NCBI GenBank assembly: GCA_033721115.1
Contig: JAWWBD010000001.1
Location: 1-38,619, forward strand
Source of the DNA: Woeseiaceae bacterium
Lineage (GTDB): Bacteria; Pseudomonadota; Gammaproteobacteria; Steroidobacterales; Woeseiaceae
Reading direction: 5' to 3'
Length of the DNA: 38,619 bases
This document shows, one piece after another, positions 33,678 to 38,619 of the stretch (its first letter is position 1; the number at the start of each line of letters is the position of its first letter). The translations under genes and the position numbers were made by a program. The notes beneath the pieces were generated by a model, which ran no database searches, was not told where the DNA came from, and saw nothing but the letters and a program-made list of their open reading frames with translations.

Positions 33678-33706
33678 ACTATAAAGCAATAGTTGCGTAT
33701 CCGCAA
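33678..33706 (-). promoter_or_regulatory. shared promoter/operator module, copy 3 (upstream of the acidic lipoprotein gene)
   Basis: In gene sense it reads TTGCGG-N17-TATAGT. The plus strand carries CAATAGTTGCGTATCCGCAA at 33687-33706. The -10 ends 31 nt before ATG 33646. Confidence 0.5.
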
Positions 33707-33711
33707 TCTTT

Positions 33712-35226
33712 TCAGGCGACCTGCCCCGGCTGCTGCGCCGCGCGACCGAAAACGAGCACGCCGTCGGCGATGTCGGCAGCACGGAAACGTTTGCGGTCGG
33801 CGATGTAATCCTGCGGGTTGAGCCAGGGCTCCCGGTCTCCCTGCTTCGGCAGCCTGGCCACCACGCGCTGAATATAACCCGGCGAGAAGCCCGATACCCA
33901 GGGTCGCTGCGGCATCGCGCGATCTTCCGCCCTGAGCTCCGGCCTCGCCCAGTCGTAGCCGTGCTCGCCCGCGTAGTTGACGAGCCGGCAGAAATACTCG
34001 GCCACGAGGTCCGAGCGCAGCGTCCAGGAAGCATTGACGTAACCGAATGTCGAGACGAGGTTCGGCACGCCCGACAGCATGACGCCCTTGTAGGTGAATG
34101 CGTCGGCAGGATCGACCGGCGCGCCGTCGACGGTGAGCGCCATGCCCCCCAGGACGACGAGCTCGAGCCCCGTCGCCGTCACGATGATGTCCGCTTCGAG
34201 CACGGTGCCCGACGCGAGCGCAATACCGGTCTCGGTAAAGGACTCGATCCTGTCCGTGACGATCGACGCACTGCCATCGCGTAGCACCTCGAACAGGTCG
34301 CCGTTCGGCAACAGGCACAGCCGCTGGTCCCACGGGTCGTAAGTCGGCGTGAAGTGGCGCTCGACGTCGAACTCCGGGCCGAGTTCGTCGCGCACCCACT
34401 GCAAGAGCTTCCGCTTCACGCGCTCCGGGCGCCTCCGGGTCTGCCGGTACAGCCAGCGCTGCATCCGGATATTCTTCCAGCGCGTCAGCGCATAGGCCGC
34501 GCGATCGGGAAGCACCCTGCGCAGGGCATTGGCGATCGCGTCGCGGTCCGGCCAGGCGATGACCCAGGTCGGGGAACGCTGCAGCATGACGACGTGCCGT
34601 GCGCGACGGGCAAGTTGCGGGACCAGCGTCATCGCCGTCGCCCCCGAGCCGATCACGACGATCTTCCGGTCGGAACAGTCGAGGTCCTCTGGCCACTGTT
34701 GCGGATGGATAATCGTACCGCTAAATCGCTCGCGCCCCGTGAATTCGGGCAGGTGGCCCCGTTCGTAGGAATAATAGCCGGCGCAAACGAGCAGGAACCG
34801 GGCCTTCAGGCGTGCGGGCTCGCGATCGGGACCCTTTTCGACCTCCACCGTCCAGCGCGCCTCGCGGTCCGACCAGCTCGCGCCGGTCACGGCATGCCGG
34901 TAGCGGATATTTTGCCCGATCCCGAATTCGGCCGCGGTGTCGCGAATGTAGCCGAGGATCGCCGGGCCGTCGGCGATCGCCTGGGCCTCGCGCCAGGGAC
35001 GAAAACTGTAACCCAGCGTGTGCATGTCGCTGTCGGAACGGATGCCCGGGTAACGAAACAGGTCCCAGGTGCCACCCATGCGCTCGCGCCCCTCCAGCAC
35101 GACGTAACTCCTGCCGGCGCAGCGGCGCTCGATATGGCAGGCCGCGCCGACCCCGGAGAGACCGGCGCCCACGATAACGATGTCGAATGTTTCTGTTGCT
35201 ACGCTCATGGTGCTCGTACCGGACAT
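33712..35226 (-). CDS. flavin-dependent Baeyer-Villiger-type monooxygenase
   Basis: Two Rossmann motifs are present (FDIVIVGAGLSG and KIVVIGSGATA). The BVMO fingerprint FxGxxxHxxxW is present as FSGTIIHPQQWPED. Length is 504 aa. Confidence 0.85.
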   Translation of the reverse strand: MSGTSTMSVATETFDIVIVGAGLSGVGAACHIERRCAGRSYVVLEGRERMGGTWDLFRYPGIRSDSDMHTLGYSFRPWREAQAIADGPAILGYIRDTAAEFGIGQNIRYRHAVTGASWSDREARWTVEVEKGPDREPARLKARFLLVCAGYYSYERGHLPEFTGRERFSGTIIHPQQWPEDLDCSDRKIVVIGSGATAMTLVPQLARRARHVVMLQRSPTWVIAWPDRDAIANALRRVLPDRAAYALTRWKNIRMQRWLYRQTRRRPERVKRKLLQWVRDELGPEFDVERHFTPTYDPWDQRLCLLPNGDLFEVLRDGSASIVTDRIESFTETGIALASGTVLEADIIVTATGLELVVLGGMALTVDGAPVDPADAFTYKGVMLSGVPNLVSTFGYVNASWTLRSDLVAEYFCRLVNYAGEHGYDWARPELRAEDRAMPQRPWVSGFSPGYIQRVVARLPKQGDREPWLNPQDYIADRKRFRAADIADGVLVFGRAAQQPGQVA

Positions 35227-35260
35227 TGCCTTGCGACTCGGCCGGCACTATCGTAACGGC

Positions 35261-36049
35261 ATGAACACGCCGAAGGTCATCGAGAATCTCGACGCGGAGC
35301 ATCGCAAACTCCTGTTCCGCGTTGCCGCGAGGATAACAATTTACTACGTCGTGCTGGGCAGTCTCGTCGCGCTCGCCGTGGCACTCAATCCCCGCATCGT
35401 CGACGAGTTTCCGCTGGGCGGCGTCGGGGACATTGCGTACTACGGTGCATCGAACGTCCTGGAGCTCGAGGACGCATTCCTGAGCGCCGACGACGAAGAA
35501 CTCGAGAATATCGTGACGGAGACGCAGCGCGCGCAGCTCGAGCGCGGCCCGGTCTGGCTGCGCGGCGCGACCTCGCTCTTTTACGCGATGCTGTCGACGC
35601 TGCTCCTGATGCTGCCGGTATCCTGGGTCTACCGGTCCATCCATGCCGACAGCGTCTACGACCACTCCATCGATCCCACGACGCTCGTGCTCCCTGCCGT
35701 CGTCGCCGGCATCGTCACCGTCGTTCAGCACAGCCTCGCGCTCGCTTTCAGTCTTGCGGGCATCGTGGCCGGGGTACGCTTCCGGCGCGCGCTGAGCGAC
35801 ACTTTCGACACGCTGTTCATCCTCGCGTCCATCGGCGTCGGCATCGCGGCAGGTATCAAGTCGATAGAGATCGCCGTCATCCTGACGATTTTCTTCAACT
35901 ACGCGGCGCTCGCGGTGTGCGCTTTCGGCGACGGCCTCGAGTCGCAGCACGAGGTTCGCCGCAAGATCCGGCGCCGGCACCGCAAGCAGATGCAGGCGCA
36001 GGAAGCCGAGGCCAAGTCGGACCGGATCGACCCGATGTCTAGTCTGTAG
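35261..36049 (+). CDS. DUF4956-like membrane protein
   Basis: I moved the start to ATG 35261 (MNTPKVIENL...). The conserved core reads LALAFSLAGIVAGVRFRRALSDTFDTLFILASIGVGIAAGIKSIEIAVILTIFFNYAAL. No SD is visible, and only 34 bp separate it from the divergent monooxygenase start. Confidence 0.6.
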   Translation: MNTPKVIENLDAEHRKLLFRVAARITIYYVVLGSLVALAVALNPRIVDEFPLGGVGDIAYYGASNVLELEDAFLSADDEELENIVTETQRAQLERGPVWLRGATSLFYAMLSTLLLMLPVSWVYRSIHADSVYDHSIDPTTLVLPAVVAGIVTVVQHSLALAFSLAGIVAGVRFRRALSDTFDTLFILASIGVGIAAGIKSIEIAVILTIFFNYAALAVCAFGDGLESQHEVRRKIRRRHRKQMQAQEAEAKSDRIDPMSSL

Positions 36050-37121
36050 CGGCCTCGAGCATCCGTTCCAGGTGAGCGCTGCCGCGGCAGCGGGCCGTGA
36101 CTTCGCGGGCGAACCGGGCCGGGTTGTCGAGTATTGCGTAGAAGTCCTCGATATACCCGATCGACTTGGTCCGACTGCGGTCGTCGAGCTCCGCCGAGTT
36201 CTCGAATAGCGCAAGGATCTCCCCGCGCCTGGCGCGAATCTGCTCGACCGCATCCTCCACGACTTCGTCGGGCTGGCACAGCCCGTAGAAGTAGCGTTGC
36301 CGGACGTCCAGGATGGGTACCTGATCCGGGGGTGCCGCGTATGCCGCGTTGACGAGTCCGGACATGTCGAAGTCGAACGGGACGGGAATGACGCCGGTGG
36401 GCTCGTCGACGGAAGCCAGCACGTCGACGTTGTGGCAGCAGAAACCGTCATTCCCGGCGGCAATCACGGAGTAGTCGTTGTTGGCGATCATGAACTGGAA
36501 CAGCTGCACAATCGCCGTGCGCGAATGATCGAGCTCGTCGTAGTCGACGTCGAGCACGCGCAGCCGCTCGAAACCCAGCCGCCGCGCCATGTCCGCATCG
36601 TCCTCGATCACGAACACGAAATCCGTCCACGGCTTCAGTTTTTCGTCGCTGTCGAAGTAGGTCAGGCGAATGAGACGCGTACGGTAGCTGTCATCGGTCA
36701 GGAGCTGGAAGGCCCGGTACGCGAGGTACTCGAGAATCACGTACTGCTGGTAACGCGCCCCGTGGTTGCACGGCGCGACGAGCTTGAGCTTGTCCTGGCC
36801 GTGGAACAGCGTCCCCTTGACCTGCTTCTTCTTAAAGTTGAGCTGCAACGGGGGCAGATTGCAGTACTCGCGCCGGAAGTTCCCGCGCGTGCGTATCGAT
36901 ACCTCCAGCCGCCGGGTCTCGCCATTCTCATCGACGTAACTCCACTGCGCCGGCTGGTACAGGCGGACCTCCTGGCGCTTCTGGCCGTAGACCTGCCGGA
37001 GCGGCCCCGTCAGCACCGCGCGCAGCACCTCGTCGCTCTCGAAGAGCGGGTGCCCGTCGGCCAAGCTTGCGGGACTGGCCGGCAACAGGAGCAGCAGGGC
37101 CAGCGGCATCAGTCGCTTCAT
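36039..37121 (-). CDS. exported hypothetical protein, possibly CotH-like (tentative)
   Basis: A signal peptide is present (MKRLMPLALLLLLPASPASLA). The motif order resembles the CotH family: LEYLAYRAFQLL ... FVFVIEDDADMARRLG ... FMIANNDYS ... CHNVDVL ... VIPVPFDFDMSG. This is recognition by eye only. The 3' end overlaps the DUF4956 gene by 11 nt in convergent orientation. Confidence 0.55.
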   Translation of the reverse strand: MKRLMPLALLLLLPASPASLADGHPLFESDEVLRAVLTGPLRQVYGQKRQEVRLYQPAQWSYVDENGETRRLEVSIRTRGNFRREYCNLPPLQLNFKKKQVKGTLFHGQDKLKLVAPCNHGARYQQYVILEYLAYRAFQLLTDDSYRTRLIRLTYFDSDEKLKPWTDFVFVIEDDADMARRLGFERLRVLDVDYDELDHSRTAIVQLFQFMIANNDYSVIAAGNDGFCCHNVDVLASVDEPTGVIPVPFDFDMSGLVNAAYAAPPDQVPILDVRQRYFYGLCQPDEVVEDAVEQIRARRGEILALFENSAELDDRSRTKSIGYIEDFYAILDNPARFAREVTARCRGSAHLERMLEAATD

Positions 37122-37324
37122 CAGGGAATCGGTTCCGTCCGGTGTCTGTCCATGTTATACGCAAGGCGGCGGCGCACGTGATACGTAATATCCAAGACCC
37201 GCCTGGTCGACGCGCCTGCCGGGAACCCGGCGCACGCATCGGCTAAAGTAGGGCGGCTCCCGGGCCGGGCGCGCCCCGCGCGCCGGCGCCGGGGCCAGGC
37301 ACTGACTTCCGGACCACGACCTGA

Positions 37325-38619
37325 TTGAGCGCTGACCCGCAGAATGACGCCGGCTTCCTGACCCGCGCGCTGGGCACCTTCGCCTACAGCCGACGGGCGC
37401 TGGACCTCGTCTGGACGACCAGCCGGCCGCTGACCGTGATGCTCGCGGTTCTGACCGTCATGGCCGGCGTCCTGCCCGCCGCCATCGCCTGGGTCGGCAA
37501 GCTGATCGTGGACGCCGTCGTCGCCGCGATGGGGTCCGCCGACCCGGACGTCCGCGGCGTCATGCTGCTGATCGGGCTCGAGGCGGCGATCGTGGTCGTG
37601 CTCGCCGCCTGCCAGCGCGGCATCTCCGCCAGCCAGTCACTCCTGCGCGCGCTGCTCGGCCAGCGTGTCAACGTGATGATCCTCGAGAAGGCGCTGACCC
37701 TGCAGCTCACGCACTTCGAGGATTCCGAGTTCTACGACAAGTTGACGCAAGCCCGCCGCGAAGCGTCGAGCCGGCCGCTCAGTCTCGTCAACCGCACCTT
37801 CGGCCTGGCGCAAAACCTGCTGTCGCTCGCCAGCTACGCTGCCCTGCTCGTCGCGTTCTCGCCGTGGGCCGTGCTGATCCTCGTCGTCGCCGGCCTGCCG
37901 TCGTTCGTCGCCGAGGCGAAATTCTCGGGCGACGCATTCCGGCTGTTCCGCTGGCGCTCACCGGACACGCGCATGCAGATGTATCTCGAATCGGTGATTG
38001 CCCGCGAGGACGGCGTCAAGGAGGTCAAGCTGTTCCAGCTCGGGCCCCGCCTGCTCGACCGCTACCGGGAGATCTTCGCCAGGCTGTTCCGCGAAGACCG
38101 CCGGCTGACGCTGCGGCGCGACGGCTGGGGCTTCGTGCTCGGACTGATTTCGACGGCAGCGTTTTACGGTGCCTATGCCTGGATCGTCGTCGCCACCGTT
38201 TACAACCGCATCACGCTCGGGGACATGACGATGTACCTGATGCTGTTCCGGCAAGGACAGTCCGCCGTGACGGCCATCCTTTCGGCGATCAGCGGACTGT
38301 ACGAGGACAACCTCTACATTTCCAATCTCTACGAGTACCTGGAGCAACCCGTCATCAGCCGTTCCGGCGCCACTACGACGGGCCCGGAACCGGGCCGCGG
38401 CATCGAGCTCGAAGGCGTGTCGTTCCGGTATCCCGGCGCCGCCAGCGACGCGCTGTCAGACATCAGCCTCGCGATACGGCCCGGCCAGAGTCTTGCGCTC
38501 GTCGGTGAGAACGGTTCCGGAAAAACGACGCTGATCAAGCTCTTGACGCGGCTCTACGAACCGACGCAGGGCCGCATCCTGCTCGACGGGCTCGAGCTCC
38601 CGGAATGGGACGTCGAGGC
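37325..38619 (+). CDS. ABC exporter, fused permease/ATPase (MsbA/type-I exporter-like); 3' end outside the window
   Basis: This frame is not in the ORF track because it has no stop before the window edge. It is open from the TGA at 37322-24. The first possible start is TTG 37325, with no in-frame ATG near the N-terminus. The six-TM domain contains (...FEDSEFYDKLTQARREAS...) and is followed by Walker A, GENGSGKTTLIKLL, at about 38506-38547. Confidence 0.8.
   Translation, partial: MSADPQNDAGFLTRALGTFAYSRRALDLVWTTSRPLTVMLAVLTVMAGVLPAAIAWVGKLIVDAVVAAMGSADPDVRGVMLLIGLEAAIVVVLAACQRGISASQSLLRALLGQRVNVMILEKALTLQLTHFEDSEFYDKLTQARREASSRPLSLVNRTFGLAQNLLSLASYAALLVAFSPWAVLILVVAGLPSFVAEAKFSGDAFRLFRWRSPDTRMQMYLESVIAREDGVKEVKLFQLGPRLLDRYREIFARLFREDRRLTLRRDGWGFVLGLISTAAFYGAYAWIVVATVYNRITLGDMTMYLMLFRQGQSAVTAILSAISGLYEDNLYISNLYEYLEQPVISRSGATTTGPEPGRGIELEGVSFRYPGAASDALSDISLAIRPGQSLALVGENGSGKTTLIKLLTRLYEPTQGRILLDGLELPEWDVE

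Noticed and set aside
33647-34696. Upstream extension of the 462-aa minus-strand ORF containing the acidic lipoprotein
   Set aside because: The extension overlaps the Baeyer-Villiger monooxygenase gene in another frame and is Arg/Pro-rich. A strong SD plus a signal peptide define the start at 33646.
35231-35253. Possible fourth, degenerate copy of the shared module (TTGCGACTCGGCCGGCACTATCG) upstream of the DUF4956 gene
   Set aside because: Only the TTGCG arm and a CACTAT-like piece match. The CGCAA arm is absent and the internal spacing differs by 3 nt, so it is more likely chance plus an ordinary promoter.
37240-37300. G+C-rich palindromic stretch (GGCGCGCCCCGCGCGCC...) upstream of the ABC exporter, considered as a terminator or structured RNA
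   Set aside because: Only about 6 bp of clean stem is present, there is no U-tract, and it lies between divergent genes where no terminator is needed. This is probably compositional.
1-38619. Search for rRNA, tRNA, CRISPR arrays, transposases, integrases, phage genes or classic toxin-antitoxin or defence operons
   Set aside because: The intergenic regions are all short, at most about 260 bp. I saw no cloverleaf-like or repeat-spacer structure and recognised no recombinase or defence-gene motifs in any frame. Detection by eye is limited; tRNAscan, Infernal and DefenseFinder would be decisive.

Overview
Densely coding, high-G+C proteobacterial chromosomal segment, probably gammaproteobacterial and possibly marine or halophilic (inferred from gene content only). 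I call 35 protein-coding genes and see no rRNA, tRNA, CRISPR array, transposase or integrase. Gene order, left to right: (1) 3' end of a 2-oxoacid dehydrogenase E2 gene; (2) an outer-membrane barrel plus an exported unknown protein; (3) a DgcN/DgcA-like D-glutamate pair facing an isoaspartyl peptidase; (4) an NHL/TPR exported protein; (5) a seven-gene, translationally coupled lipid-modification operon (two Cfa-like methyltransferases, FAD oxidoreductase, DUF1365, lipocalin, DUF2878, periplasmic unknown) divergent from a photolyase gene; (6) an OmpR-type two-component system divergent from a four-module DUF4397 lipoprotein; (7) a run of ion-flux genes (orphan FetB-like permease, MscS, CaCA antiporter); (8) a tight zntB-tamA-tamB-mscS-patatin string; (9) an accessory-looking block at 29.3-37.1 kb (MarR-like regulator, CPA1-RCK antiporter, small coiled-coil protein, NYN-LOTUS protein, acidic repeat lipoprotein, Baeyer-Villiger monooxygenase, DUF4956, CotH-like exported protein); (10) the 5' part of an ABC exporter. 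The most unusual signal is a near-identical 29-bp promoter/operator module (CAATAGTTGCG-N4-CGCAA inside a TTGCGN-17-TAnnnT promoter). It occurs three times within 4 kb, each time in the same orientation upstream of a gene: the MarR-like gene, the NYN-LOTUS gene and the acidic lipoprotein. This suggests a compact, uncharacterised regulon. Many long ORFs in the six-frame track are antisense or shadow ORFs typical of high-G+C DNA, and I rejected them. Start codons were re-assessed from SD sequences, signal peptides and gene junctions. All family assignments come from motif recognition by eye, not from database searches.
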